A stretch of DNA of 63,462 nt, filler included, from Vannella sp. (Eukaryota), in NCBI GenBank assembly GCA_023345925.1. It is 6 parts of 6 records of this genome, joined end to end, with 100 filler letters (N's around TTAATTAATTAA, not from the genome) between each part and the next. Parts side by side here need not be neighbours in the genome. Positions count along the whole stretch, not along the records: positions 11,623 to 21,107 come from JAJQQN010000226.1; positions 21,208 to 43,342 come from JAJQQN010001218.1; 4 more parts are not named here. The stretch is one strand, 5' to 3'. Both the position numbers and the translations under genes were made by a program. The notes beneath the pieces are model-generated. The model was not told the origin of the DNA. It searched no databases and saw nothing but the letters and a program-made list of their open reading frames with translations. Positions 12,248 to 21,904 of the stretch are shown one piece after another. The number at the start of each line of letters is the position of its first letter. The stretch's first letter is position 1.

Positions 12248-14155
12248 TTATTGAAGAAATAGATTTTCCTGAATCGCACGCAAGTTTCGAGCGGTGCAAC
12301 TTCTGCGATTGTGGCCATCCTCTTTACAAAGAGTGCATTTGGATTGCTTTTGAATAGTCTTTCCGGCACCGGATTTAGGGATGAGGACTCTTCCGCTCTT
12401 AAATCGAATGCTCTTCGGTCTTCCTTTCCCCTGCGGAACCACGGCCCAAGGCTTCAGAATGGTAGGTTCTAGGTCTGACTCCTGATAATCTGCCAAACAG
12501 AACGGATTTTCATACTGTCGGCGCCAAGTTGCAGTGTGAAAAACTTCATCGTACCACTCTTTCGCAACTGGGCTCCATAAAGGGTGGGAAGGAAAAGTTG
12601 CAGACAAATCTGAAAGAACCAGAAGTCCGTGATCGCACGGATATCCTCGGTTAGTTGATTTGCCACACCTACACCTGCAAGTTTTTGGATTTCCGCTATC
12701 CAAGCGAACCAAGTAGGAGAATTTGTTTTCAACCCAGACCATGGCTTCGCAGGCATTGTCCCTCACAGTCTTAATCTGGCACTTCCAAGTTAGTGCTGTT
12801 TCCAGTCCTGTCTCAGCCATTCGATGAGCTGCGGGAGTGATGTCATGGGAATAAACCAGTGATTTTGAGTGATTGGAGCTCCACAATTCTGATTCACGCT
12901 TCAGTAAAAGCTTGATCATTTCAACAACTGGAAGGCCTCGAGCTGCCTTCAATGACCTATTCTTAACCTCCGCGGTATTGTTGGTGAGCTCGTTGTACCG
13001 AATATGTCCATCCATGATAAAGTCCTCCGTGCAAAATTCCGATTTTCTAGAAAGAATGTACTCGATCGCCTTCTGATGATTCGGGAGCACTTTCCTGATC
13101 TTCTTGATGAGAAGTGTACTTTCTTCTTTGGTGGCGCTGCGACCAAGAGACCAAAGGAACTTTTTGAGCTCTTCTGGAGTGGAAAACGAGGATCTGACGT
13201 TTTTCTCGATGTGCTTCAGGCACACTGACATCCGAATACCCAACTTTTGGGCAGCCGCAGCTCCACCTTTGTCACGATCGGACATGATCATATCGATTCC
13301 ACGGAACCGCTTTTGCAGCTCTTTTAGAAAGAGCTTCCAGTGGAATTCGTCTTCTGAAGGACAATAGAGGAGTGCTAATAACACAGAATGCGCGTCAGCA
13401 TCCTTAACAGTGGCGGTGAGCAGCGTCCCTTTCATCAGAGAACGAACGTGAGCTCCATCACAACAGAGTAACTTGCGCGAATGCTCCCAAAGCTCCAATC
13501 CTGCGGATGGACAGATGAAGCAGTAGCGGAAGGCGGAGTCATCTTCATCCCACTGTAATTCATAAGCACCGGAGGGATCTTCTTCTTGAAGTTGCTTTAG
13601 CAGGGATGGGAGTCTAGCAAACTGATCAAATGGCGCTTTCACAGAATGACCTTTCCGCTCTTCCACTAAAGCGTGGGCCTGATGATACTTGAGTGATAAC
13701 CGCTCATTGATTTTCAGCATTGACTGGAGTTGTTTGACATCGCCAGATCCGCTCGGTTGGAACAGTTTGGCAATCCCGCTAGCTGACTCCACCACATCAG
13801 TCTTGTAGAATTTGGTACGGACGCTGACCGAACAAGAATGGACCAAATCACACTGAGAGATTTTCCACCCTCCACTTTTTTGAAGGCTGGCAGATATCAC
13901 AAAGTTACATGCCGTCAAGTCATGGTACAGCTTCTTCTGGGGATCTTCCCCATTGAACTTGCGGCACGAAGAGCAGAGCAATACCAGCCTTTTTGTACAA
14001 GACTTGCGAGAGTAGTGGGACTTCCCGATCAAGTTGTTAAAGGTTACAGCAGCAGCGCATATCTCCACTTTGGTGTCGAACTCCTCTCCTTTCGCGAGAG
14101 TCATCGTGAGAATGAGGATCGCAACGGCCCAACTGCCGTTCCCGGGTTTTCTCAT
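12248..14155 (-). CDS. MULE (MuDR-type) DDE transposase with SWIM zinc finger and CCHC knuckle
   Basis: Intact 636-aa ORF: LLCCDGAH (D1), IMSDRDKG (D2), CLKH (CxxH), TNNTAEVKN (E), SWIM CRCRCG..GYPCDH, GRPK, CTLCKEDGHNRRSC. Confidence 0.93.
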   Translation of the reverse strand: MRKPGNGSWAVAILILTMTLAKGEEFDTKVEICAAAVTFNNLIGKSHYSRKSCTKRLVLLCSSCRKFNGEDPQKKLYHDLTACNFVISASLQKSGGWKISQCDLVHSCSVSVRTKFYKTDVVESASGIAKLFQPSGSGDVKQLQSMLKINERLSLKYHQAHALVEERKGHSVKAPFDQFARLPSLLKQLQEEDPSGAYELQWDEDDSAFRYCFICPSAGLELWEHSRKLLCCDGAHVRSLMKGTLLTATVKDADAHSVLLALLYCPSEDEFHWKLFLKELQKRFRGIDMIMSDRDKGGAAAAQKLGIRMSVCLKHIEKNVRSSFSTPEELKKFLWSLGRSATKEESTLLIKKIRKVLPNHQKAIEYILSRKSEFCTEDFIMDGHIRYNELTNNTAEVKNRSLKAARGLPVVEMIKLLLKRESELWSSNHSKSLVYSHDITPAAHRMAETGLETALTWKCQIKTVRDNACEAMVWVENKFSYLVRLDSGNPKTCRCRCGKSTNRGYPCDHGLLVLSDLSATFPSHPLWSPVAKEWYDEVFHTATWRRQYENPFCLADYQESDLEPTILKPWAVVPQGKGRPKSIRFKSGRVLIPKSGAGKTIQKQSKCTLCKEDGHNRRSCTARNLRAIQENLFLQ

Positions 14156-14393
14156 CAATAGAGCCTTGTATCATCATAAGCTTGTTGAATTAACCAAACA
14201 AGGATCAAATAAAAAAGTTGGGTATTTTGGCGAAACTGACCCATCTCGGTTGATTTTCGGTCCCAATCGCTATTTCGCTCCATTTATGCTCTGAAACATC
14301 AATATTCGATGATACAAAGTCAAACAAAAAAGTGGGTATTTTAGCAAATCGGACCCCGAAAGTGGGTATTTTGGCAAATTTCTCTTAAATTTA

Positions 14394-15044
14394 TTATGGG
14401 ATTGCTTCTTCGAAGAGAAGGACATATTCTCGTGAGGAGAAACCGAATTTGATGCAATCATTAATGACAAGTTCGACATAACGGGCTGGTTTGATTTTCT
14501 TGTTGTTCAGGAGAACGCCGTTGGCGCTTTCGAGGTCCATGAGGTAGGGTTTGATTACTGTTCGTCCGGTGGGGCAACTGACATCGTCAAGGAGAGGGAC
14601 TTGGCGGAACTGGATGACCGCGTGCTGCTTGGAACAAGAGGGGTGGTCGGTGGGGATGTGGCAGACCTTCCTGTCCCTTCCAATCAAGTGCATACTGTGA
14701 TTGTGAAGAGGTATAATGGGGAGAGACTCCTCATCCTTGAATACGTGCAACCGCCAGCGCTTGGTGGGGCGCTTCGCCTCTTGAGGCTCGTGATACTTGA
14801 GAATGACTCCGCTCTGCTCGTCTCGGTTGGCTTCCTTTGCCAGTAGTCCACTAAGACCAAAGTTTGGCTGCTCAGGGTCGACCTCTTCTGCTGGCGGCTG
14901 GCCCTCCTCTCGTGAAGCGGGTTCCCGCTTCCCCCACTGCTCCGACTCCCTTCGAGGGCGTTTCTGCTTCGGCTCATCCTCATTAGGCCTCCATTGTCGC
15001 TCCTTACGCTTCTCCTTTGGTTCGTCGTCGTCCCACCGTCCCAT
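14394..15044 (-). CDS. SNIP1: FHA-domain RES-complex protein SNIP1/Pml1
   Basis: PNFGLSGLLAKEAN, LKYHEPQEAKRP..WRLHVFK, IGRDRKVCHIPTDHPSCSKQHAVIQFR, PYLMDLESANG, FGFSSREYVLL. Confidence 0.95.
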   Translation of the reverse strand: MGRWDDDEPKEKRKERQWRPNEDEPKQKRPRRESEQWGKREPASREEGQPPAEEVDPEQPNFGLSGLLAKEANRDEQSGVILKYHEPQEAKRPTKRWRLHVFKDEESLPIIPLHNHSMHLIGRDRKVCHIPTDHPSCSKQHAVIQFRQVPLLDDVSCPTGRTVIKPYLMDLESANGVLLNNKKIKPARYVELVINDCIKFGFSSREYVLLFEEAIP

Positions 15045-15081
15045 GCGACCCAGAGGACCAACAAATGACCCATTTTTCGTG

Positions 15082-15542
15082 TTATTTGTTGGTTTGGATG
15101 ACGCGGATGTGAATCGCCGAGTTATGGCGGATGGTGGACGTTGTTAGGCCGTTCTGGAAGGTGTGTAAGGAGTGTAGAGAGGGTGTGGAGTGACGTACGG
15201 TGTCTGAGAGGTCATCAATGAGGGGAACGGTGCTGGTTGTGGTAACGAGGGTGATGCTCGGGTCCTTGGCCTGGAGAGCGAGGGCGAGTTGCGTGGCTTT
15301 GGGGATGGAAGCACCGAGTCCGTGGATGATTACTTCTTCGTAACCAGTCAGAAAGAGCAAAGTCTCCGCCCTCTTCATGGCAACAGGGAACGGCGATTTC
15401 CGATTCACGTAGATCTCGTTCTGCTTGGGGTGTGCGTGAGGAGCTGGTCGCTTCCTCATGATACGATCCTCCAGCACTTCATCCCCTGCACTAATCGTCA
15501 ACACATGCCCACGAAGGAGAGCATCGACATGCCTTTACCCAT
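15082..15542 (-). CDS. POP7: RNase P/MRP subunit Rpp20/Pop7 (Alba fold)
   Basis: RKRP..NEIYVNRKSPF, IIHGLGASIPKATQLAL, TSTVPLIDD, RHNSAIHIRV. The first intron follows ATGG; a second in-frame intron lies at about 15154-15198. Confidence 0.88.
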
Positions 15543-15599
15543 CTTCCAGGTTGAAGGAAATAATGGAGAATCGCGAGGTTAAGCTTACTGGAGGAAGGA

Positions 15600-15860
15600 C
15601 AGCCTAATGAATGGGGATTCAGCGGAAGAGGGGTCCCAAAACTCGTATTTGCGGAGAGCGTCCTGATGACCTCCATCTCTTCAGGATACGCTTTTTGGCT
15701 GATTTCATTATTTGAGTTTTGAGCACTCAAACGACACCACTCTCGACATTCCCCTCTGCGAGGTTGAGTTCGAGTTGCACAAAAAGTGGAATAATCATAA
15801 GTTAAGAGCTTATCCTGAAGAGATGGAGGTCATCCGAAGAAGCTATCCAAACACCAGAAG
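15600..15860. repeat. Inverted pair of a dispersed repeat, possibly a non-autonomous DNA transposon remnant
   Basis: Core TATCCTGAAGAGATGGAGGTCATC at 15665-15688 (-) and 15811-15834 (+); a third copy at 49526-49549. Confidence 0.7.
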
Positions 15861-15937
15861 AAAATGAGAATGGTCAGGTCAACAAATGTCCGGCCGGAAC
15901 AAATATCTGCGCCCAAGAAAGGGTCTTCCGGTTGGGG

Positions 15938-18900
15938 ATGGCAGTTTACATTGTCCTGATGATGAAGCTGTTGCTTGCCTCGTTCATGATACTCTCTGTG
16001 TATGCGACGCTCTTCTCTCAAGAGGCGAAGAACTCTTTGGTGTCGGAGCACAACCGTGCTCGCACGGATTGCGTCCCGCCTCCCGCTACGGCCATGCTCC
16101 TCATGACGTGGTCTTCTACAGCGGAGACTCAAGCTAACACCTGGGCCAACCAATGCATGTACAAGCACACTTCAGGTACTGGCTTTGGAGAGAACCTCTT
16201 CGCTGGCAGCGGATTCCGAGGTGCTGATCTCATCAAGCTGTCCGGTCAAGCCTTCAAAGGATGGGAGAGTGAAGAGAGTGGCTATAACCTCACTGCTTCT
16301 GGGCAAGCCTGCACTCATCCTCAAACGTGCGGACATTACACTCAGATTGTCTGGAATTCCACCACCACTGTGGGCTGTGCCTACGCAGAGTGCAGCTTAA
16401 ACTCGCCCTTTGGTGCCTCCTATCCTACTTGGACCTACGTTGTATGCAACTACAAGGGCCCAGGGAACTACGTTGGACGCACTCCTTACACTCCATGCAC
16501 TAGCAGCAGCTGCCTCTCTGCTACTGGTGTTACTGCCACTTCCACTGCTACGACAACTCGAACGCCTGTTCCCACGCCTTCTGCTGCGCCTTCAGCTTCT
16601 GCTGCTCCGTCTGCTTCGTCTACTAGCGCACCCTCGCAGTCCTCCACCGTGTCCCCCTCTCGTCCTGCGTCCTCTACTCCCTCTGCTTCGTCCACGAGCG
16701 TAGCTTCCCAGACCTCTGCGGCATCTCCCTCTCGTCCTGCATCTTCCACTCCCTCCGCTTCGTCCACGAGTGCAGCTTCGCAGTCCTCCACGGCATCTGC
16801 CTCTCGTCTTGCATCCTCCACTCCCTCGACATCAACCAGTGGAGTCTCTCGATCCCCCGTAGGATCGCAATCTCGCACAGTGTCCCCCACAACATCCGCT
16901 TCTGCGTCTCAGTCCTTCGGAGCATCTCGCTCTCGCTCTCGTTCTCCGTCCTTCACCACATCTGCCACTCCCTCCCGCTCGTTGGGAGCGCCCGTTTTCG
17001 GTCCCAAAGTGAGAGCGATTGCCCCTGACGGACCAACGGAGTCCGAAACCCCCACAGAGTCTGCCAGTCCCACTGCGTCTGTATCACCCACTGAGTCTGC
17101 TTCTGGAACCTCCACTGAGTCTGCCTCTGGAACCTCCACTGAGTCTGTCTCTGGAACCTCCACCGAGTCTGCCTCTGGAACTTCCACTGGATCTGTGTCT
17201 TTGAGTCCCGCTGCTTCTGCTTCCTCCACAAGTTCTTCCGTACCGTCAGCTACTGTGTCTTCTGATACGTCAACTGCAATCGCCAGTCCAATCTCCTCTG
17301 TTACATCTCCGTCTGCCTCTTCTGTGGCATCTGGTTCTGCTTCCGCGACTTCTGCCTCGTCTGCCTCCACTGTGCCGGTCTCTACTGTGTCTTCTTCTTC
17401 TGCCGCTTCTGCTTCTTCTGCCGCTTCAGAATCCAGCTCGTCTGCCTCATCCTCATCAGATTCTCCCTCCGTTACGAGTGTCGCTTCTGCATCCAATGTC
17501 CCATCTGGTCCTAGTGCTACTGAGTCCTCCGCTCAATCTTCAAGTCCTGCAGCCTCCCCGTCCGAGTCTCCCTCTGCAACATCAGCGGCATCAGCGACCC
17601 CATCTGCAGCCATTTCTCGCTCTCCGACCGCCACAAGTGATCCTTCTACCTCCGCTGCTCAAACCACAGCAGCAACCTTCTCCCCCAGTGGCTCTCCCAT
17701 CGTGTGCAGCAACCCGTGTGACACAAACGACTGCGGGTTCGTAACAAATGACTGCGGCAAAGCCATCAACTGCGGTTCATGTGCCCCCGGTTTGGGGTGC
17801 AATCAGTTTGATTCAATCAACTTGTGTGTGGTGAACCCAATTTGCTCTCCAGAGGAGGAATGCAGTCTTCTGTCTTACGAATGCGGTAACGTTCTTGTTT
17901 GCGGCGGCGTTAACTTTGAATGTGGCAAATGTGAGAGCGGGTTCATCTGTGAAGACTTTATTTGTCAAGTGGACCCGTGCAATGGATGCGGAGCGAACAC
18001 AGATTGCGTTAAAAGCAAATGCGTTTGCCAAGCTGGCTTTATCCTCAACCAAGAAGGCCAATGTATTGCTCCAACTTCAGGCAGCATCCCCAGTTATGCA
18101 AACGACTTCTCTCAGCTCTCTCCTGCCTCTCCCGGCGTTACTGTTCCTGACTTTGACTTGATCGTTCAGAGCTCTGGCCCTCACATGATTCGATGGGACC
18201 GTGCTGGACCTGTCATTGACCGATACACCACTCGACACAGCTTCATCCTCCGTGGAGCAGATAGTGGCAGCTTCGCGTTGGCCTATCGGTTGGGCCAGAA
18301 TGGTGTAGACCGTGAAATGGACCGTGTCGAGTTCCGTTTCCTTGACCTGAACGGTCAAGAGGCCTTCATGCAATGGTGTGTTGTGAACCAGGGCGAGTCC
18401 TTCTGTAACGACTTTGGTCTGGTCCCGTTCCCTTCTCTGGAGGGCTTGGAAATCCAAAGTTCAATGGGACTGGACGACAAGACTGGCGATGTCATTTGCT
18501 CTATCAGCTGGAATGATCAAAGCTACAACGGGTACACTACTGAAAAGTACGTTCCCTCTCTTGGATCCATTGGATACTTGGTCAACTCCACTGGAGAAGA
18601 TGGACTTGGCCTCAAGAAGGTCAGCAGAGTGATCATCCTCCCCTTGTTGACCAGCTTCAATCTAGCCACTTCCACTACATTGACTGTCTCTCTGCAAGAC
18701 TGTATCGATGACAGTGAATGGGAAAAGCGCTTCTTTGATCTGACTGGAGCTGACCCAGCAACGACCAAGGTTCAATTGCGAGGTTCTGGTCAGAACGCCA
18801 ACTGCAAGGCAGCTGGCAAGAAACTCCTCAGTGGCTTCAGTTTTGTTGTAACTTCTAAGAGTGTCTCTGCCCAGTCCATTGCTTCCACCTTCGTCAACTC

Positions 18901-19147
18901 CATCGGAACACCTGCTGGGGCCGCTGCCGGTATCACTTCTGCCGGAGTGGTTTCAGGCTCTAAGGGAGCCATTCTAGCTGGCTTGCCTGGCTCTATTGGG
19001 TCTCTGCCTAGCACTGCCATCAGTGCTGGACAAGTAGATAGTATTGGAGGCAGCTCTGCAGGACTCAGCAGCAGAGCCGAAAGCAACGCAGCTGCCATCG
19101 CCACCATTAGCATGACCATCGCTGGAATGGCGTTGTTCATGCTTTAA
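15938..19147 (+). CDS. Secreted/surface CAP (SCP/PR-1) domain protein with Ser/Thr mucin stalk, Cys-rich EGF-like modules, an uncharacterised beta-rich domain and a GPI-type tail
   Basis: Signal peptide; HNRAR, GENLF, CGHYTQIVWNSTTTVGCA and VVCNYKGPGNY (CAP signatures); about 400 aa of S/T/A/P; Cys-rich CSNPC..CVCQAGFILNQEGQC; hydrophobic C-terminus. Intronless. Confidence 0.9.
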   Translation: MAVYIVLMMKLLLASFMILSVYATLFSQEAKNSLVSEHNRARTDCVPPPATAMLLMTWSSTAETQANTWANQCMYKHTSGTGFGENLFAGSGFRGADLIKLSGQAFKGWESEESGYNLTASGQACTHPQTCGHYTQIVWNSTTTVGCAYAECSLNSPFGASYPTWTYVVCNYKGPGNYVGRTPYTPCTSSSCLSATGVTATSTATTTRTPVPTPSAAPSASAAPSASSTSAPSQSSTVSPSRPASSTPSASSTSVASQTSAASPSRPASSTPSASSTSAASQSSTASASRLASSTPSTSTSGVSRSPVGSQSRTVSPTTSASASQSFGASRSRSRSPSFTTSATPSRSLGAPVFGPKVRAIAPDGPTESETPTESASPTASVSPTESASGTSTESASGTSTESVSGTSTESASGTSTGSVSLSPAASASSTSSSVPSATVSSDTSTAIASPISSVTSPSASSVASGSASATSASSASTVPVSTVSSSSAASASSAASESSSSASSSSDSPSVTSVASASNVPSGPSATESSAQSSSPAASPSESPSATSAASATPSAAISRSPTATSDPSTSAAQTTAATFSPSGSPIVCSNPCDTNDCGFVTNDCGKAINCGSCAPGLGCNQFDSINLCVVNPICSPEEECSLLSYECGNVLVCGGVNFECGKCESGFICEDFICQVDPCNGCGANTDCVKSKCVCQAGFILNQEGQCIAPTSGSIPSYANDFSQLSPASPGVTVPDFDLIVQSSGPHMIRWDRAGPVIDRYTTRHSFILRGADSGSFALAYRLGQNGVDREMDRVEFRFLDLNGQEAFMQWCVVNQGESFCNDFGLVPFPSLEGLEIQSSMGLDDKTGDVICSISWNDQSYNGYTTEKYVPSLGSIGYLVNSTGEDGLGLKKVSRVIILPLLTSFNLATSTTLTVSLQDCIDDSEWEKRFFDLTGADPATTKVQLRGSGQNANCKAAGKKLLSGFSFVVTSKSVSAQSIASTFVNSIGTPAGAAAGITSAGVVSGSKGAILAGLPGSIGSLPSTAISAGQVDSIGGSSAGLSSRAESNAAAIATISMTIAGMALFML
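16607..16830 (+). repeat. Three 72-nt coding tandem repeats (PSASSTS..SPSRPASST)
   Basis: Units start at 16607, 16679, 16751 and (partial) 16823. Confidence 0.85.
17090..17185 (+). repeat. Four 24-nt coding tandem repeats (TESASGTS)
   Basis: ACTGAGTCTGCYTCTGGAACCTCC-like units at 17090, 17114, 17138 and 17162. Confidence 0.9.
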
Positions 19148-19239
19148 CTTAAATAAAGAGCCCAACTGTGAGTAGGAGATCAGAGGGTCCGCTTCAAGTG
19201 ACATCTGATTGGTTCGCTTACTTCCCTTCATTCTTTGGG

Positions 19240-20295
19240 ATGCCCTTCGGCGACCACACGCTCCTTCTCTCCCCAGTAGGAGATCTTTGGGCTTTTGGAT
19301 CAAACAGTTGTGGTCAGCTCGGTCTTGGCGACAAGATAGATCGACCAGAACCTACCAAGCTCTACTGGAATGGCCCGGAGCTGGTCCAAGTGGACTGGGG
19401 ATACTACCACTCACTCGCTCTCGATGTTGAAGGCGGTGTGTGGGAAGCTGGCTTCTCCCAAGGCCCTGAGTCCTTTCTCAACTTTCAGAGAGTGACAGGA
19501 ATCCCTCTCATCTCTTCAGTGGCTGCTGGTGCAACTCACAGCGCCGCACTTGACACCAAAGGCCGGCTTTGGACGTGGAGCAGCGAGACTAATCTGTTTT
19601 GGGCACGTTCTCCTCCTCAACAAGTAGGGTTTATGCCTCCACTCATCAAGCTAGCTTGTGGCCTCAAGTTTCTTGTGGTAGAGGATGAGAAAGGAGGCCT
19701 CTGGGTCCTGGGAGAAAACTCCAAGGGGCAGCTGGGCCTCGGACACACTACTTATGCCTCCCATCCGACTCTTGTGAAGGTAGCTGAACGTTCAGAAGGG
19801 CCCCTTCGATGTTTGGCTGCACAGAAAGAGGGAATCACTCTCATTGACTCGAAAGGCGCCGTATTCACCTCAGGAGGAGACTGCACTCGCTTTCTAGGAC
19901 GTACTAGTGGAGACTTCTCGAAGCTACAACGAATCTGTAACTTACCAGTAATGGTTGCGGCGTCTTGTGGACGCAGTCACACTCTTTGTAGGGATGAAAG
20001 TGGCTCAACCTGGACTTGGGGATCGGGCGCCTTTGGACAGTTGGGTCTCGGTGACACTTCCAATCAGCCCCAACCCACTCTTTTGCCTGAACTGATAGGA
20101 ACAACAGCCCTGATAGCGGGAGGGTACACTTCTTTGGCCTTCCTTGAGGATGGCACCGTGCTGGTCTTCGGATACAACTGCTTTGGACAACTCGGGCTTA
20201 GCCACAGGAATAACATCACCACTCCCACGAGATTACTCGTTCCCTATCTGACCCGCTTCAAGAACAAGAGTGCTCGTACAGAGATTTCCACTTAA
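19240..20295 (+). CDS. RCC1-repeat beta-propeller protein, intronless
   Basis: Repeated motifs LWAFGSNSCGQLGLGD, GYYHSLAL, AAGATHSAALD, GENSKGQLGLGH, CGRSHTL and WGSGAFGQLGLGD. Confidence 0.92.
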   Translation: MPFGDHTLLLSPVGDLWAFGSNSCGQLGLGDKIDRPEPTKLYWNGPELVQVDWGYYHSLALDVEGGVWEAGFSQGPESFLNFQRVTGIPLISSVAAGATHSAALDTKGRLWTWSSETNLFWARSPPQQVGFMPPLIKLACGLKFLVVEDEKGGLWVLGENSKGQLGLGHTTYASHPTLVKVAERSEGPLRCLAAQKEGITLIDSKGAVFTSGGDCTRFLGRTSGDFSKLQRICNLPVMVAASCGRSHTLCRDESGSTWTWGSGAFGQLGLGDTSNQPQPTLLPELIGTTALIAGGYTSLAFLEDGTVLVFGYNCFGQLGLSHRNNITTPTRLLVPYLTRFKNKSARTEIST

Positions 20296-20814
20296 CTGGC
20301 CTGATTGGTACCTGAATGCGTTTTACCACTCAGTGGTTGTTGTAAAAGGCAATGAAGCTCTGTCATCTCATCTGTTTTCCTTTGCGTCATTCAATTGGTC
20401 ACAGAAATCTGCGGAGCCAGCCATGGTGCTGGCCATGTAGAAAGAAGGATTGGTACTCCAAGATCCGGTTCTTTCTTTCCGATGTTGTAATCCCACAAAG
20501 GCAATCACCTCGCTCAAGTGGGATTCAACTCAAGACTAACTTCTCCTCCATATTCACGAACTGAAGGCGCTCTGGTCAACGTTGGCTTGGATTTGGAAAC
20601 TCTTCCATTGATTTGCATCAAGACTTGGACTCTTCCATTCAGAGAGCTTTCCAGCAAATAGACCACAGAAAGGCCCTCAGTTTAAGATTGTGGAGAGGTA
20701 AATTGTCAGAAACGTTGCGGAGGAGAAAACCGGGTTTCCACTTTCTTCCACGGATAAAGTCGTTTGTACAAGTTCTTCATATCGCGTAGACTACTTCAAT
20801 TGCGTCCCTGGATC

Positions 20815-20912
20815 TGATTTGGGCGTGTTCTCCTCAAGTGGGATGTATATCCCTCCACTCATCAAGCTAGTTTGTGGCTTCAAGTCCTTGTGGTAGAGGA
20901 AGAGAAAGGAGG
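20815..20912 (+). pseudogene. Degenerate duplicated fragment of the RCC1 gene or a paralog
   Basis: CCTCCACTCATCAAGCTAGTTTGTGGCTTCAAGTCCTTGTGGTAGAGGAAGAGAAAGGAGGC closely matches 19636-19699, with substitutions and a 1-nt indel. Confidence 0.75.
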
Positions 20913-21107
20913 CATTATCATCCAAATCTCTCATCCCAACGGAAGAGCATTTCTGTTTCCTTGGGAGATGCAGCTTTGCCACTTTCTGATGACTTCTGTT
21001 TGATATCCCCATTCCCATTCCAAAGAGAGGGAAGCAGACATCAAAAGGAATGAGAGGGGCTGATGGATCAGTCACTTACAATCTAAAAGCATCCCCATTA
21101 TGGTGAG

Positions 21108-21207
21108 NNNNNNNNNNNNNNNNNNNNNNNNNNNNNNNNNNNNNNNNNNNNTTAATTAATTAANNNNNNNNNNNNNNNNNNNNNNNNNNNNNNNNNNNNN
21201 NNNNNNN
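21108..21207. other. Artificial contig linker
   Basis: N-TTAATTAATTAA-N. Confidence 0.98.
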
Positions 21208-21904
21208 CCAACGAGTAGTTGTCAACAAAAAGTTGTGACGCCGATAAACGATAACTATAGGTGTGATATCTTTCAACATCAATGAATCGCCTAACCGCCA
21301 ACGGTCCCCAAAAAGGCTTGGTCCCCCTATATATAGGCCCCTTCAACAGCTAAATACCAAAAGTTCTCGGTTGTGTAAACTACCGGGCTACCAGCAGCTG
21401 ATGAAATCGATGGAAATGCATTTTGAAGCCAATCGAGGGTCCATTAATCCAGATGGATAAAATAAAGAGAAAACAGTCTAATGTAAACTGACTGACTCAA
21501 CGAACTTTCGCTGGGAGAAGGATGGATTGCACTGAAACTTGATGAGGGCATTGCTGAGGAACGCTCGCAGAAAAAGAGTGCCCGATCCACTGCCACTCAG
21601 AGAAGATCTTTCTCGAAGAAGTGGAATTCAAGCTGGGGGTATGAGATCTTGGCTGGCTCATGCTGAAACTCATAGCGATCGTTAAGGAGATGGAAAGAAT
21701 GGTGTTGAGAAAAAGCTGCTCCACTTCCTTTGCATTTTAGCTCCAAAGTTACTCTTTTTCGTTGAATTCAATTAGAGAACTGTATATATCTCAGATCCCT
21801 CAGTTGTTTGTTAACCTTTTTTCCAATTTCCAGGAATAGCTAAGAAGGAGCACTTTCCTCCTGCCCTTGAGCACGGGGCACGAGTGAACAGGAGAAAACA
21901 GGAG

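Larger units (their letters stand above)
11623..14384 (-). mobile_element. Mutator-like (MULE) DNA transposon with terminal inverted repeats; left end truncated by the contig start
   Basis: 11623-11646 ATTTGCTAAAATACCCACTTTTTT is the exact reverse complement of 14326-14349. The right TIR continues to ..GGCAAATTTCTC at 14384. The subterminal motif AAAGT(T)GGGTATTTT occurs three times (about 14214, 14329, 14359). The AT-rich 9-mer TTAAATTTA (14385-14393) is a candidate TSD. It encodes a transposase. Confidence 0.92.

Noticed and set aside
16486..17496. Long acidic minus-strand ORFs (134 and 195 aa)
   Set aside because: Antisense shadows of the Ser/Thr/Ala repeats of the CAP protein.
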